Part shown: piece by piece, positions 45,314-58,893 of the stretch
Position numbering within the stretch: position 1 is the first letter of the stretch
Layout: every line of letters starts with the position of its first letter
Assembly (NCBI GenBank): GCA_035517615.1
Contig: DATIYM010000007.1
Coordinates: 36,608 to 100,607 of the forward strand
DNA: 64,000 nucleotides
From: Gemmatimonadales bacterium
GTDB lineage: Bacteria; Gemmatimonadota; Gemmatimonadetes; Gemmatimonadales; GWC2-71-9
Direction of reading: 5' to 3'
The notes under the pieces: generated by a model
Database searches by the model: none
Seen by the model: only the letters and a program-made list of their open reading frames with translations
Told to the model about the DNA's origin: nothing
Position numbers and translations under genes: made by a program

Positions 45314-46276
45314 TCAACCTGGAAACGCCGGCTCCCCATTCGCCGCGTGCCAATGCCTGATGCCGTCCCAGATTTCCTCGGCAGTTTCGGCGTACCAGAA
45401 CAGCTCTCGGTCTTCTTCTTCGATCACCCCTTCGTCGACGAGAAAATCCACGTCGAATGCGCGACGCCAATAGTCGCGACCCACGAGCACCACCGGGAGC
45501 GGTTTGATCTTGCGTGTCTGAATCAACGCGAGCGTCTCGAACAGCTCATCGAACGTTCCGTAGCCGCCGGGAAACGCAACCAGGGCGCGGGCACGCAACA
45601 AGAAATGCAGCTTGCGCATGGCGAAGTAGTGGAACTGGAGGCACAGCTCGGGTGTGACGTAGGGGTTCGGAAACTGTTCCTGCGGCAGGTTGATATTCAG
45701 GCCGACGGACTTGACGCCCACATCGTACGCCCCCCGGTTCGCCGCCTCCATGATCCCCGGGCCTCCGCCCGTAACGATCACGGTGCGTCGCTCGGGCGCC
45801 GCCTTGGCCATGAGCTCGGAGAGCCGGCCGAATTCCCGCGCGACATCGTAGTAGCCGCTCTTCGCGAGAATACGCTCGGCAATCTGGAGCTTCCGGCGAG
45901 TCTCGCGGTTCGCCGGGTCGCGCGCGAGCAGCGCGCGCAGCTCCGCGACGCGGCGCCCCGCCGCTTTCGGCTCACAGATGCGTGTCCCACCGAACACCAC
46001 CACAGTGTGCCGGATCCCGTGCAGCTCGAGCAGCCGTTCGGCCTTGTAGTAATCCAGCTGTAACCGCACGGCGCGCATGTCGTCGCGCGCGAGAAAATCC
46101 AGGTCCCGGTCCGCCGGCCGGTAGCTCGGACTGTCGAGGATGGCGCGGACGCGCCCTGGAGCGCTAGGATCCTCCTCGGGAGATTTCGGGGTCTCCGACG
46201 GAAGCGGCTCACGGCGGGCTTGCGGATGCGGGGGAGTCGGGATCACGACTCGTGGCTTCGCGTCATCGGTGTTCAT
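45314..46276 (-). CDS. LOG-family / TIGR00730 nucleotide 5'-monophosphate nucleosidase-like protein
   Basis: VVFGGTR, TGGGPGIMEAANRGA, and PGGYGTFDELFE motifs, preceded by a Pro-rich N-terminal extension. Confidence 0.75.
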   Translation of the reverse strand: MNTDDAKPRVVIPTPPHPQARREPLPSETPKSPEEDPSAPGRVRAILDSPSYRPADRDLDFLARDDMRAVRLQLDYYKAERLLELHGIRHTVVVFGGTRICEPKAAGRRVAELRALLARDPANRETRRKLQIAERILAKSGYYDVAREFGRLSELMAKAAPERRTVIVTGGGPGIMEAANRGAYDVGVKSVGLNINLPQEQFPNPYVTPELCLQFHYFAMRKLHFLLRARALVAFPGGYGTFDELFETLALIQTRKIKPLPVVLVGRDYWRRAFDVDFLVDEGVIEEEDRELFWYAETAEEIWDGIRHWHAANGEPAFPG

Positions 46277-46339
46277 GCCGCTCCTTGGATTCGGTTCCGA
46301 ACGATTGCCAGGGTGTCACCGTAGCACCTGAAGAGGAAT

Positions 46340-47149
46340 ATGGATGAACGGCCGGCCATCGAAACCGAGCAGCTGACGCGAATCTTCAGCGGAAGCGAAG
46401 TGCCGGCCGTCGATCACCTCGATCTCCGCGTCCCGCGGGGCGTGATCTTCGGATTACTCGGCCCGAACGGCGCCGGGAAGAGCACCACGATCAAAATGTT
46501 GACGACGCTGCTCCCCCCCACATCCGGGCACGCGCGGGTCGCCGGGTTTGATATCGAGCGGCAGGCACCGCGCGTGCGGACACGCATCGGCTACGTCCCG
46601 CAGCTGCTTTCCGCGGACGGCGGATTGACCGGTCGCGAGAATCTGCTGCTCTCGGCGCGACTGTACCGGGTCCCGGCCGGCGCGCGCGACCGCCGCATCG
46701 CGGATTCGCTGGCGTTCATGGACCTCGAGGACGCGGCCGACCACCTCGTGCGCACCTACTCCGGAGGAATGATTCGCCGCCTCGAGATTGCTCAGGCCAT
46801 GTTGCACGAGCCCGAAGTGTTGTTCCTCGATGAGCCCACCATCGGATTGGATCCTGTCGCGCGCCGCGCGGTGTGGGAGCGGTTACGCGAGCTCAAGCGC
46901 CGGTCCGCGACCACGATCCTGCTCACCACCCATGACATGGAGGAAGCCGACGCGCTGTGCGATACGCTTGCCATCATGCATCAGGGCCTCGTGGCGCTGG
47001 CGGGAGCGCCCGCAGCGCTCAAGGCCACCCTCGGCACGGATGCCACACTGGAGGACGTGTTCATCGCCACGGTTGGCGGATCGATCGAGGAGGGAGGGAG
47101 TTATCGTGACGTCCGTCGCGCGCGCAACACCGCCCACCGGCTGGGCTAA
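46340..47149 (+). CDS. ABC transporter ATP-binding protein (DrrA-like)
   Basis: GPNGAGKST, YSGGMIRR, LFLDEPT. Confidence 0.88.
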   Translation: MDERPAIETEQLTRIFSGSEVPAVDHLDLRVPRGVIFGLLGPNGAGKSTTIKMLTTLLPPTSGHARVAGFDIERQAPRVRTRIGYVPQLLSADGGLTGRENLLLSARLYRVPAGARDRRIADSLAFMDLEDAADHLVRTYSGGMIRRLEIAQAMLHEPEVLFLDEPTIGLDPVARRAVWERLRELKRRSATTILLTTHDMEEADALCDTLAIMHQGLVALAGAPAALKATLGTDATLEDVFIATVGGSIEEGGSYRDVRRARNTAHRLG

Positions 47150-47930
47150 GGGCGGCGCGATCGCGGGGTTCGTCAGCTCGGCACTCGCGATCGCGGAGAT
47201 GGAGGCGCGCAAGCTGGCGCGCGATCCCACCGAGCTCGTGAGCCGCGCCGTGCAGCCGGTGCTGTGGTTGATCGTCTTTGGCCAAGTGTTCACTCGAACC
47301 CGGGCGATCCCGACTGGGGCGCTCTCTTATCTGGAGTTCATGGCTCCGGGCGTGCTCGCGCAAGGCGTGCTGTTCACGGCCATTTTCTACGGAATTGCGG
47401 TGATTTGGGAGCGTGATCTCGGGATCATCCACAAGCAGCTCGCGAGTCCGGCACCGCGGGCGAGCCTCGTGCTGGGAAAGGCAATCGCCGCCGGCGTGCG
47501 CGGCCTGCCCCAGGCGATCATCATTTTTGTGCTCGCCGCGGTGCTGGGACTGCGCCTCGAGCTGGGCGTCGTCCCGTTGGGGATCGTGCTGGCGCTCGTA
47601 CTCCTCGGCGCGGCCACGTTTGCCACGTTCTCACTGATCGTCGCCTGCATCGTGAAGACGCGCGAGCGGTTCATGGGAATCGGGCAGCTGCTCACGATGC
47701 CGCTGTTCTTCGCGAGTAACGCGATCTATCCGCTCGAGCTGATGCCGGCCTGGCTCCGCGCCGTCGCACACGTCAATCCGCTGACGTATCTGGTCGATGG
47801 GCTGCGGGCGGAGATGATCGCGGGCGCCACGAGCCGGTTCGGTGTGCTCACGGATCTCGGGCTTCTGTTCGTGCTGCTCACGGCGCTCGTGCTCCTGGCG
47901 GCTCGCCTGTATCCCGGGTTGGCCCGCTGA
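47106..47930 (+). CDS. ABC-2 type exporter permease (DrrB-like); start uncertain
   Basis: Six predicted TM helices. In-frame GTG at 47106 overlaps the ATPase 3' end. The track start at 46788 is implausible. Confidence 0.75.
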   Translation: MTSVARATPPTGWAKGGAIAGFVSSALAIAEMEARKLARDPTELVSRAVQPVLWLIVFGQVFTRTRAIPTGALSYLEFMAPGVLAQGVLFTAIFYGIAVIWERDLGIIHKQLASPAPRASLVLGKAIAAGVRGLPQAIIIFVLAAVLGLRLELGVVPLGIVLALVLLGAATFATFSLIVACIVKTRERFMGIGQLLTMPLFFASNAIYPLELMPAWLRAVAHVNPLTYLVDGLRAEMIAGATSRFGVLTDLGLLFVLLTALVLLAARLYPGLAR

Positions 47931-47995
47931 GAAACACTCAGGGCGATTTCAGAAAGGCTTCACGGGAGAGCGGGTAGTGTGGGGCATCAGCTCCC

Positions 47996-48487
47996 GTGAG
48001 GTTTGCCGTGAGATTCTTGCTTCCTGTCCTTCTTGTGGCATGCGGAATGGCCGCGTGCGGCTCCGTGATCATGACGGCGCATCCACCACTCGAGTCTCGC
48101 GGGCTCAAACCGGGAGCCAAGTTCCGCGTCGTCGCCACGATTGCGGCGAACGGGTCGAACGACGCGATTCGGGTTTCGAGGCACGTGCGCGAACGCTTGA
48201 ACGCCGCGGGGATTCCGGCGGTAGCGAGCGGCGGCCGGTGGGAAAGGCAGTACGAGGCCATCCGGGAGATCTGCCAGCGCACCGACGTCCTAGTCGATGG
48301 TGTCGTGATCGTGGACGTCACGGTGCTCGCCCTGATCGATTGCGAGAACGGGCTGACGGCGTACACCGTCAGCGGCCAGACGGGGAGCCCGGGCATCGAC
48401 GTACTTACCGACCGTCTGATAGCGTTCTTGAACGAGGGTCCTGAGGGACCACCCCAGACGTTCGGCACCGAGCGGCCGATCTCGTAG
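47996..48487 (+). CDS. Hypothetical lipoprotein
   Basis: Signal/lipobox LLPVLLVACG. No recognisable domain. Confidence 0.45.
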   Translation: MRFAVRFLLPVLLVACGMAACGSVIMTAHPPLESRGLKPGAKFRVVATIAANGSNDAIRVSRHVRERLNAAGIPAVASGGRWERQYEAIREICQRTDVLVDGVVIVDVTVLALIDCENGLTAYTVSGQTGSPGIDVLTDRLIAFLNEGPEGPPQTFGTERPIS

Positions 48488-48592
48488 GTCCGGCTCATCC
48501 CGCGCTGCAGCGGTTCTTCACGCGGGGTTCACGGACTCCTCAGATGCTCCCGATAGGCTTGAGGATAAGCGAAGCAACCTACGGAGGCGGTT

Positions 48593-49402
48593 ATGAACGG
48601 GAAGCACGCAGGACGGCGGGTGGTGTCCATGATCCTTTTTGCGGGCAGCGGATTTTTGCTCGCTCTGGCCGGAGTCGCTCGTGCCCAGAGCACGCAGAGT
48701 GGGAGCGCCGACGTACGGCACTACACGGTGGACCCGCGCACGAGTCTGGTGTGGTGGCAGGTGAATCCCCACATGAAACATCTTTGGGCGACCACGTGCC
48801 CGCTCGATCCGTCATGGCTGCCTGGCGAAGGACGCAGCTCGGGGATGGGCGTCGACGAGCATATGTTCGATTTCCCGCCCGAGGATACGGTCCACATTCC
48901 GCTGCTCCAGCGCATTCGTGTCCGGCCGGTGTGCACCGAGGCCGTGCATGGTGAGCTCATGACCCCGGACACCGCGACGTGGGCGGAGACGCAGGGGCGG
49001 ATCGTCGTCGACGCGGCCGCCTTGGTGAGCGGCGAGAAGCAGCGGGATGAGTTCACGCGCTCGAGCGTCCTCGAGACCGACAAGTACCCCCAGATCGTCT
49101 TCAACATCGACGAGATTATGGATGTGAAGCGTGCGGGCGATACGACGGCGGCGCTGGCGGTGGGAGAGTTGATGCTGCACGGCAAATCCACGCCCATTGC
49201 CGTCCACCTGCTCTCCTGGCATGAGAACGGGATGCTACGCGTGCGGGGGCGCTGGTACATGACCGCCAACGAGTTGTGGAGCAAGTACGGGATCTCGAAG
49301 CAGGCCATGGCGCTTGGCGTCGGGATGGGGATCTGGAAGCAGCTCTGGATGGGCTTTGATCTCGTGCTCCGCCCCGAGCCACCCACATCCGCCACGCAGT
49401 GA
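48593..49402 (+). CDS. Secreted YceI-like domain protein (tentative)
   Basis: Signal peptide. YTVDPRTSLVWWQV...SGEKQRDEFTRSSVLETDKYPQIVF...GELMLHGKSTPI resembles YceI, with an inserted region. Confidence 0.45.
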   Translation: MNGKHAGRRVVSMILFAGSGFLLALAGVARAQSTQSGSADVRHYTVDPRTSLVWWQVNPHMKHLWATTCPLDPSWLPGEGRSSGMGVDEHMFDFPPEDTVHIPLLQRIRVRPVCTEAVHGELMTPDTATWAETQGRIVVDAAALVSGEKQRDEFTRSSVLETDKYPQIVFNIDEIMDVKRAGDTTAALAVGELMLHGKSTPIAVHLLSWHENGMLRVRGRWYMTANELWSKYGISKQAMALGVGMGIWKQLWMGFDLVLRPEPPTSATQ

Positions 49403-49513
49403 AGGCGGCCCGAACCTTGCTTCGCGCGGTGCGCTATGATTAATGCGATGGATCAATGGTCGTTGGAGTGATGATTGGTGATGTTCGGCAATCCAGCACG
49501 CGGGAGACTAGCC

Positions 49514-49789
49514 ATGGCGATTACAAAGAAGGTTCTGAGGGAAGCGGCCGAGCGAGCGGTAGACCAGGCTCGCACAGAAGGAAAGCGTGCCGCTCAGCGG
49601 GCGGCGCAGCAGCTCGTGGTGGCGGCCGATGCGGCCATTGTCGAGGCGGGGAAGGCGGCGAGGCGGCGCCAGCGCCGGCGGGCGACGAAGCGGGCACTCA
49701 AGGTGGTGGGGAAGGCCGCGCTCGTGGCGGGCGCCGCTACCGCGGCGACTATCGCGATTCGTCGCGCGCGGCGCCGGGCGGCCGAGTAA
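49514..49789 (+). CDS. Small Ala/Arg-rich protein with C-terminal hydrophobic segment
   Basis: 91 aa from ATG 49514. Low complexity, so coding status is uncertain. Confidence 0.3.
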   Translation: MAITKKVLREAAERAVDQARTEGKRAAQRAAQQLVVAADAAIVEAGKAARRRQRRRATKRALKVVGKAALVAGAATAATIAIRRARRRAAE

Positions 49790-49831
49790 TCGTCCGAATC
49801 GACTTCTGCACCTCGCGCACGGTTCCCCCGC

Positions 49832-50197
49832 TCAGGCCGCGTGCGCGAGGCAGGTGCGCGCCCAGGGCAGGACGTCGAGCCGCTCGAACGGAATCGGCTC
49901 GCCTGCCCGCTCGCAAACTCCAAATTCAGCAGGCTTGTTGTACAGGCGCTCGAGTGCGGCGTCGATTTCCGCCAACTCATTCGTCTGACGGGCCGCATTG
50001 GAAGCGTCCAGCTCGCGGTCGGCCGTGTCGGTCCCGAGATCCGCCAGGTGTGATCGCAATGTGGAAAGCTCCCCGGTTTCTTCCTGGATCGTTTCGCGTG
50101 TCTCGGCGGCGTAACGAGCGAGCGACCGCGTCACCCGATCGCGCTCTTCCAGCAGTCTTCGCTCCAGGTGCTTGCGTTGCGCTTTTGTCAAAGGCAT
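49832..50197 (-). CDS. DksA/TraR-family protein with degenerate (2-Cys) zinc finger
   Basis: GAGGA RBS before ATG (cat at 50195-50197). Coiled-coil body with a DxxDxA-like tip region (DTADRELDAS). The C-terminus, VCERAGEPIPFERLDVLPWARTCLAH, has CxxA...CxxH where the canonical form has CxxC...CxxC. Confidence 0.65.
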   Translation of the reverse strand: MPLTKAQRKHLERRLLEERDRVTRSLARYAAETRETIQEETGELSTLRSHLADLGTDTADRELDASNAARQTNELAEIDAALERLYNKPAEFGVCERAGEPIPFERLDVLPWARTCLAHAA

Positions 50198-50231
50198 GTC
50201 ATTCCTCGTGTCGGTGAACGGGCACGCCGCC

Positions 50232-50900
50232 TTACCGCAAGGCATGTCCCGATTGGATCGATGCGCGACCCGTGAGATGGGTCGTGAACCAGTCGCTCGC
50301 AAACGTCGCCACCTGCTCCAGGGTTCCCGATTCTTCGAACAGATGCGTCGCGCCAGGAACGACGATCAGCCGTTTCGAGCACCGGAGCCGCTCGAGCGCA
50401 TCCTCGTTCAATTCCAGCACATCCCAATCGTTTCCGCCGACGATGAGCAGCGTCGGCGCGGTCACGCGACCCAATGCCTCTCCTGCCAGATCGGGACGAC
50501 CGCCGCGCGACACGATCGCGCTGACGGTCCCCGGGTTGTCCGCCGCGGCCACGAGAGCCGCCGCCGCGCCGGTCGAGGCCCCGAAGTAGCCGAGGCCCGC
50601 GGGGTCGATCCCGGTTTCGGAGACGATCCAGCGACGCGCCTGGTCCAAGCGCTCCGCCAGCAGATCAATGGCAAACACATTCCGGCGATTGTCGGCTTCC
50701 AAGTCCGTGAGCAGATCAAACAGCAGCGTCCCGATCCCGGCGCCCTGCAAGGCCTCGGCGACGAACTGATTCCTGGGGCTCAGGCGGCTCGAGCCGCTGC
50801 CGTGCGCAAATAGTACGACCCGCTGGCCGCCTTGTGGCAGCGATAGCGTACCGGGAAGGGCAATTCCGTTGGCTGAGATCATGACTTCCCGAGTGGTCAT
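50232..50900 (-). CDS. Dienelactone hydrolase-family alpha/beta hydrolase
   Basis: AGGAGGAAG RBS before ATG (cat at 50898-50900). VVLFAHGSGSS, nucleophile elbow GASTGA, and a GATH C-terminal His. Confidence 0.7.
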   Translation of the reverse strand: MTTREVMISANGIALPGTLSLPQGGQRVVLFAHGSGSSRLSPRNQFVAEALQGAGIGTLLFDLLTDLEADNRRNVFAIDLLAERLDQARRWIVSETGIDPAGLGYFGASTGAAAALVAAADNPGTVSAIVSRGGRPDLAGEALGRVTAPTLLIVGGNDWDVLELNEDALERLRCSKRLIVVPGATHLFEESGTLEQVATFASDWFTTHLTGRASIQSGHALR

Positions 50901-51097
50901 GGCTTCCTCCTGTATTGCACGACCGAATCTTGTCACCGCGGGAATGAACGGGCGCTGAGGATCATACGAACGTTTCCGATGAAGCTCTCTTCCCGTTGCG
51001 TTTGGATCGTCTTCAGGCCCTAATCGATACCCTGCCATTACCAGGAGGACGGGCCGTGAATGGTTCTGCCGGCGTCCAGAGGAGAGTCGAGAGCTCG

Positions 51098-51481
51098 ATG
51101 ATGACGGGAACGCGCATCGCCGCGTTCTGGCTTGGCGCATTTGCGCCCAGCGCCCTGGTTGTTGGGGCGGCGTTGGCAGGGGACTGGGCTGCTCTCCTCG
51201 GCTTCCAGGGCACGCTTGTGGGTATTGCCCTCGCGTGGTCGTATTGCTGGTTCCGGAGCGGCGCTGCGAACTGGCGCTGGATCTTCTTGAGCGGCTGGGC
51301 TGTGGGCGCGCTCGTCACGGTACTCGCTTGGGTAGGGCGCGGCGCGGAAGCCGAGCGCGGCCTGCTGATCGCCATCATCGAGAGCGGGGTCTACGCGCTG
51401 AGCTTCCGCCTGGTGGCGTTCGCGTTCAGCGGCGCGCCGAGCACGCCGGTCGCACTACCCTCTTCCACACGGGTCATCTGA
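51098..51481 (+). CDS. Small integral membrane protein, unknown function
   Basis: About 127 aa with 4 hydrophobic helices. TGATG-coupled to the nitroreductase gene. Confidence 0.45.
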   Translation: MMTGTRIAAFWLGAFAPSALVVGAALAGDWAALLGFQGTLVGIALAWSYCWFRSGAANWRWIFLSGWAVGALVTVLAWVGRGAEAERGLLIAIIESGVYALSFRLVAFAFSGAPSTPVALPSSTRVI

Positions 51482-52040
51482 TGGACCAGGTCACGGGTCG
51501 CGATCAGGCAGTCCTCGAGACCATTTATCACCGCCGCGCGGTGCGCTCCTTTGGCCCGGACCGGATCGATGAGCAGACCATCCGCACCTTGCTCGCGGCC
51601 GCTGTGCAGGCTCCCACGGCGATGCATCTCGAGCCCTGGACGTTCGTCGTGATTCAGGACCGCGCCGTCCTCGAGCGCTACTCGAATCGCGCTGTCGCGA
51701 TGGTCAAGCCGGATGCCGGGCTGACCCGACTCGTCGCGGCAGGCGGCGACATCTTCCATGGGGCCGGAACGTTGATCGTAATCTGCGGAAAGCCCCTGGG
51801 AGCGTTCGTGGTCGCCGATTGCTGGCTCGCCGGCGAGAACCTGATGCTGGCGGCGGACGCGCTCGGACTCGGAACTTGCTGTATCGGGTTCGCGGTCCCG
51901 CTGTTGAATGCCGCGGAGGTGAAGCGCGAACTCGGCATTCCGGCCGATGTCACTGCCGTAGCGCCAATCATCGTGGGAGTCCCGGCGGACATCGCGCCGC
52001 CTGTATCGCGCAAGCCTCCAGACATTCTGCGGTGGGTCCG

Positions 52041-52044
<4 letters not shown>
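51481..52044 (+). CDS. Nitroreductase-family FMN oxidoreductase (intact)
   Basis: 187 aa. RRAVRSF...APTAMHLEPWTFVVI...GLGTCCIGF. Confidence 0.82.
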
Positions 52045-54539
<2,495 letters not shown>

Positions 54540-54657
54540 TCGCCCATTACCGGCGTCGGGCACGGGATGCATGGTTCTTGCAAGTTCCTTCATATCCACT
54601 TTAACGCGCCGCGCGCACACTCCTAGGCGAGAGCACGAACCAGTAGAGGAGGGTGCC

Positions 54658-55341
54658 ATGCAAAGCGAACTCGAGCTGAAACGACGGGTACGGGACGAGC
54701 TGGGCGGGGAGCCATCGCTCCATCCCGCGCACATTAGTGTTTTCACGGATGATGGCGCGGTAACGCTGCAGGGGACGGTGACGAGCTATGCACAGAAGGT
54801 CGCGGCCGAGGCCGTGTCGCACCGGGTCAGGGATGTGCGCAGCGTGAAGAACGCGCTCGACGTGGTCGTTCCAATCGCCAATCGCCGCAGCGACGCCGAG
54901 ATCACGCAGGCGGTCACGCGATTGTTACAGTGGAATGCAACGATTCCTCGGGATAAGATCCAGGTGCGGGTCGTGGACGGGTGGATCGAGTTGAATGGCA
55001 CGGTCGAGTGGCAGTATCAACGGGTGGCGGCGGAAGCGGCCGTGCAACCGGTACTCGGCGTGCGTGGTGTGAGCAACCTGATCGCGGTGAAGCCCCGTAC
55101 GCCGGCCGGGCAAATCCGGGAGCGTATCACCGCGGCGCTCAAGCGGCGTGCCGATCTCGCGACACGCGATGCGCAGGATGTCGAAGTAGCAGCCGACGGC
55201 AGCGTAGTAACGCTTCGCGGGAAGGTGCATTCCTGGTCGGACCGTGCGCTGATCGAAGCAGCCGCGTGGGGCGCGCCCGGCGTCGCAAAGGTCGAGGATG
55301 AATTGGAAGTCGTATCCGAAGAACCGGAGCTCGCGTTTTAG
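54658..55341 (+). CDS. BON-domain protein (paralog of 33827..34507)
   Basis: AGAGGAGGG RBS before ATG 54658. Same repeated BON pattern, and the two proteins align end to end. Confidence 0.8.
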   Translation: MQSELELKRRVRDELGGEPSLHPAHISVFTDDGAVTLQGTVTSYAQKVAAEAVSHRVRDVRSVKNALDVVVPIANRRSDAEITQAVTRLLQWNATIPRDKIQVRVVDGWIELNGTVEWQYQRVAAEAAVQPVLGVRGVSNLIAVKPRTPAGQIRERITAALKRRADLATRDAQDVEVAADGSVVTLRGKVHSWSDRALIEAAAWGAPGVAKVEDELEVVSEEPELAF

Positions 55342-55344
55342 GCG

Positions 55345-57720
55345 ATGACGGCCGTCGAGACGAACGTCACTGGACCCTTGACGGCCGACGAGGCGCGTGC
55401 CACGGACGCGTACTGGCGCGCCGCGAATTACCTCTCCGTCGGGCAGATCTATCTGCTCGCGAATCCGCTGTTACGGGAGCCGCTGCGCGTGCAGCACGTG
55501 AAGCCGCGGCTCCTCGGCCATTGGGGAACGACGCCAGGCCTGAACTTCATCTACGTGCATTTCAACCGCGTCATCAAGAAATACAATCTCGACGCGATCT
55601 ACATCGCCGGCCCCGGTCACGGTGGCCCCGGGATGGTCGCGAACGCGTATCTCGAGGGCACCTACACTGAGCGGTATCCGGATATCACCCCGGACGTCGC
55701 GGGACTGCAGAAGCTGTTCAAACAGTTTTCCTTTCCCGGCGGCATCCCGAGCCACGCCGCTCCCGAAACCCCCGGTTCGATTCATGAGGGCGGGGAGCTG
55801 GGATACTCGCTCATGCATGCGTTCGGCGCCGCGTTCGACAATCCCGGTCTCACGGTCTGCTGCGTGGTTGGCGACGGTGAGGCCGAGACCGGCCCGCTGG
55901 CCACGAGCTGGCACTCGAGCAAGTTCCTCAATCCCGCGCGCGACGGCGCCGTAATCCCGATTCTGCATTTGAATGGATACAAGATCGCGAACCCCACTGT
56001 GCTGGGACGGATGTCCGATGCCGAGCTGCAGCAGCTATTCACCGGGTACGGCTGGGAGCCGCGCTTTGTCGAAGGCGACGACCCCGACGAGATGCACCAA
56101 CGAATGGCGGCCACGCTGGACGCGATCATTGAGCGCATCCGGGAGATCGAGCGAGCCGCGCGGGCGGGTGAAGCGCAGGGGCGGCCTGAGTGGCCGATGA
56201 TCGTGTTGCGCTCTCCCAAGGGGTGGACCGGACCCAAGTTCGTGGATGGCAAGCCCGTGGAGGGAACGTGGCGCTCGCATCAGGTGCCCGTGTCCGATCC
56301 GGCTGCCCATCCCGAGCACCTGCGCATTCTCGAAGATTGGATGCGGAGCTATCGGCCCGACGAGCTGTTCGACCCGAGCGGGCGTCTGATCCCCGAGCTC
56401 CTTGCCCTCGCGCCCGAGGGCACGCGGCGGATGAGCGCCAATCCGCACGCGAATGGGGGCCTGCTGCTCGAGCCGCTTCGCCTGCCGGATTTCCGAGAGT
56501 ATGCGGTTTCGGTTCCGCAGCCGGGGACCGTCCTGGCGGAAGCCACGCGCGTGACCGGTACGCTGTTACGCGACGTGATGCGGCAGAACACGAGAAATTT
56601 CCGGTTGTTCGGGCCGGACGAGACCGCCTCGAACCGGCTCGAGGCAGTCTATGAAGTGACGGACAAGACCTGGCTCGAACCGATCATTCCCACCGACGAG
56701 CATCTCGCGCCCGACGGCCGGGTCATGGAGGTCTTGAGCGAGCACCTGTGCGAGGGTTGGCTCGAGGGGTACCTGCTCACGGGCCGACACGGGCTGTTCT
56801 CGTGCTACGAGGCGTTCACGCACATCGTGGACGCGATGTTCAATCAGCACGCCAAGTGGCTCAAGGTGAGCCGCAACATCCCGTGGCGAAAGCCGATCGC
56901 CTCGCTGAATTATCTCCTGACCTCGCACGTCTGGCGCCAGGATCACAACGGCTTCAGCCACCAGGACCCCGGCTTCATCGATCACGTCGTCAACAAGCGC
57001 GCGGACGTGGTTCGGGTCTACCTGCCGCCCGATGCGAACACGCTATTGTCCGTCGTCGACCACTGCTTGCGCAGCCGGCACTACGTGAACGTGATCGTGG
57101 CCGGGAAACAGCCGGCGCTGCAGTGGCTCCCCATGGACGCCGCGATCGAGCATTGCCGCGTGGGCGCGGGCGTCTGGGCGTGGGCCGGCACCGACGGCGG
57201 TCGCGAGCCCGATGTGGTCATGGCCTGCGCCGGCGACATTCCCACCGCGGAAACGCTGGCTGCCGTCGACCTGCTACGCCAGCACTATCCCGACATGCGG
57301 ATCCGCGTCGTGAACGTAGTGGATCTGATGGCCCTGGAGCCGCCGAGCCAACACCCCCACGGAATCGACGACGACAGGTTCGACGCCATGTTCACGCGCG
57401 ACCGGCCTGTCATCTTCGCGTATCACGGTTATCCGGCGCTGATTCATCGCCTCACGTACCGGCGGACGAATCACGACAGCTTCCACGTACACGGCTATCG
57501 TGAAGAAGGCACCACGACGACGCCATTCGACATGACCGTGTTGAACGAGCTGGATCGATATCATCTGGCGCTCGATGCGGTAGAGCGCGCCAGCCGGTTT
57601 GCCGCCAATGCGCCGCGCTTCCGCCGGTTCGTGGAGGAGCGGCTGCTCGAGCACCGCGCCTACATCTGCGATCGCGGCGAGGATCCGCCCGAGATCCGTG
57701 ATTGGACGTGGCGCTATTGA
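55345..57720 (+). CDS. xfp: Xylulose-5-P/fructose-6-P phosphoketolase
   Basis: 791 aa. [38 protein letters not shown]. Starts 3 nt after the BON stop. Confidence 0.92.
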   Translation: MTAVETNVTGPLTADEARATDAYWRAANYLSVGQIYLLANPLLREPLRVQHVKPRLLGHWGTTPGLNFIYVHFNRVIKKYNLDAIYIAGPGHGGPGMVANAYLEGTYTERYPDITPDVAGLQKLFKQFSFPGGIPSHAAPETPGSIHEGGELGYSLMHAFGAAFDNPGLTVCCVVGDGEAETGPLATSWHSSKFLNPARDGAVIPILHLNGYKIANPTVLGRMSDAELQQLFTGYGWEPRFVEGDDPDEMHQRMAATLDAIIERIREIERAARAGEAQGRPEWPMIVLRSPKGWTGPKFVDGKPVEGTWRSHQVPVSDPAAHPEHLRILEDWMRSYRPDELFDPSGRLIPELLALAPEGTRRMSANPHANGGLLLEPLRLPDFREYAVSVPQPGTVLAEATRVTGTLLRDVMRQNTRNFRLFGPDETASNRLEAVYEVTDKTWLEPIIPTDEHLAPDGRVMEVLSEHLCEGWLEGYLLTGRHGLFSCYEAFTHIVDAMFNQHAKWLKVSRNIPWRKPIASLNYLLTSHVWRQDHNGFSHQDPGFIDHVVNKRADVVRVYLPPDANTLLSVVDHCLRSRHYVNVIVAGKQPALQWLPMDAAIEHCRVGAGVWAWAGTDGGREPDVVMACAGDIPTAETLAAVDLLRQHYPDMRIRVVNVVDLMALEPPSQHPHGIDDDRFDAMFTRDRPVIFAYHGYPALIHRLTYRRTNHDSFHVHGYREEGTTTTPFDMTVLNELDRYHLALDAVERASRFAANAPRFRRFVEERLLEHRAYICDRGEDPPEIRDWTWRY

Positions 57721-58859
57721 GAACTCTCGTCCTGAATCTCGGGTCGAGCAGCCAGAAGAGCCGTGTGTATGAATTTGAGGGACCACCCGAGTCCAACCCG
57801 CCGCCGCCCGTGTGGGAACGGAACCTCGAATGGGGCGAAGCACCCGGGAGCCACGGTGCCGCGGTAGCCCAGATTCTCGAGCACGTTCCTTCTCCTCGGA
57901 CGATCGACGTGGTGGGCCATCGCGTGGTGCACGGGGGGCCGAATTACGATGATCCTGTTTGCATCACCGAGACCGTCAAAGCCGAGATCGCGCGCGTCGC
58001 GGAGTACGCTCCGCTGCACAATCGCGCCGCGCTGGACGGGATCGCCGCAGTCGAGCGTCTTCTCGGGCCAGTCCCGCAAGTCGCTGTCTTCGATACTGCG
58101 TTTCATCGGCATCTTCCTCTCGCCGCCGCGGTGTATCCCGGCCCGTACGATTGGTTCAGGACTGGAATCAGGCGCTACGGATTTCACGGCATCAATCATC
58201 AGTACTGCGCGGAGCGCGTAGCCGCGCGGCTCGGGGCGGAAGGGTCCCGCCGGGTGGTCGTCTGCCATCTGGGAAACGGGTGCTCGCTGGCCGCCATTCG
58301 AGACGGCACGAGCATCGACACCACCATGGGATTCACTCCGGTCGATGGCCTGATGATGGGCACGCGCTCGGGGTCGATCGATCCGGGAATTCTCACGTAT
58401 CTGCTCCGGCGATCCTCTCTCGACGCGTCTCAACTTGACGTAGTTCTCAATACGCAGTCAGGCCTGCTCGGCGTATCCGGAGTTTCGGGCGACATGCGAC
58501 GCGTGCTCGCGGCTCGCCGCGCGGGCCATGAACAGGCCACGCTGGCCTTCGACATCTACGTGCATCGGCTGCGTGCGGGAATCGCATCGATGACCGCCAG
58601 TCTCGGCGGTCTCGATGCGCTCGTGTTTACGGCCGGGGTGGGAGAGCACGCGGCGGAGGTGCGCGCAGCAGCCTGTGCGGGGCTCGCGCACCTCGGGGTC
58701 GAGCTCGATCACGAGCAGAATGCTGCGTCGCCGGCCGATGCCGAGATCCAGTCGACGGCGTCGAGAGTCCGCGTGCTGATCATTCGCGCGGAAGAGGATT
58801 GGATGATCGCGAAGGCGTGTTGGAGAGTTCTGGGGGGAAGAGGGAAGGAAGAGGCGTAA
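57702..58859 (+). CDS. ackA: Acetate kinase
   Basis: [25 protein letters not shown], and a C-terminal [10 protein letters not shown]. The 5' end overlaps the xfp stop. Confidence 0.9.
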   Translation: MDVALLRTLVLNLGSSSQKSRVYEFEGPPESNPPPPVWERNLEWGEAPGSHGAAVAQILEHVPSPRTIDVVGHRVVHGGPNYDDPVCITETVKAEIARVAEYAPLHNRAALDGIAAVERLLGPVPQVAVFDTAFHRHLPLAAAVYPGPYDWFRTGIRRYGFHGINHQYCAERVAARLGAEGSRRVVVCHLGNGCSLAAIRDGTSIDTTMGFTPVDGLMMGTRSGSIDPGILTYLLRRSSLDASQLDVVLNTQSGLLGVSGVSGDMRRVLAARRAGHEQATLAFDIYVHRLRAGIASMTASLGGLDALVFTAGVGEHAAEVRAAACAGLAHLGVELDHEQNAASPADAEIQSTASRVRVLIIRAEEDWMIAKACWRVLGGRGKEEA

Positions 58860-58893
58860 TACACCGCCGGGTACCTTCCCCCTTCCCGAATCT

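Noticed and set aside
58837-58885. Imperfect long-range inverted repeat GAAGAGGGAAGG...CCTTCCCCCTTC spanning the ackA stop, as a possible terminator between convergent ackA and USP genes
   Set aside because: The loop is about 25 nt, the stem has mismatches, half of it lies within coding sequence, and there is no U-tract. This is too weak to call.
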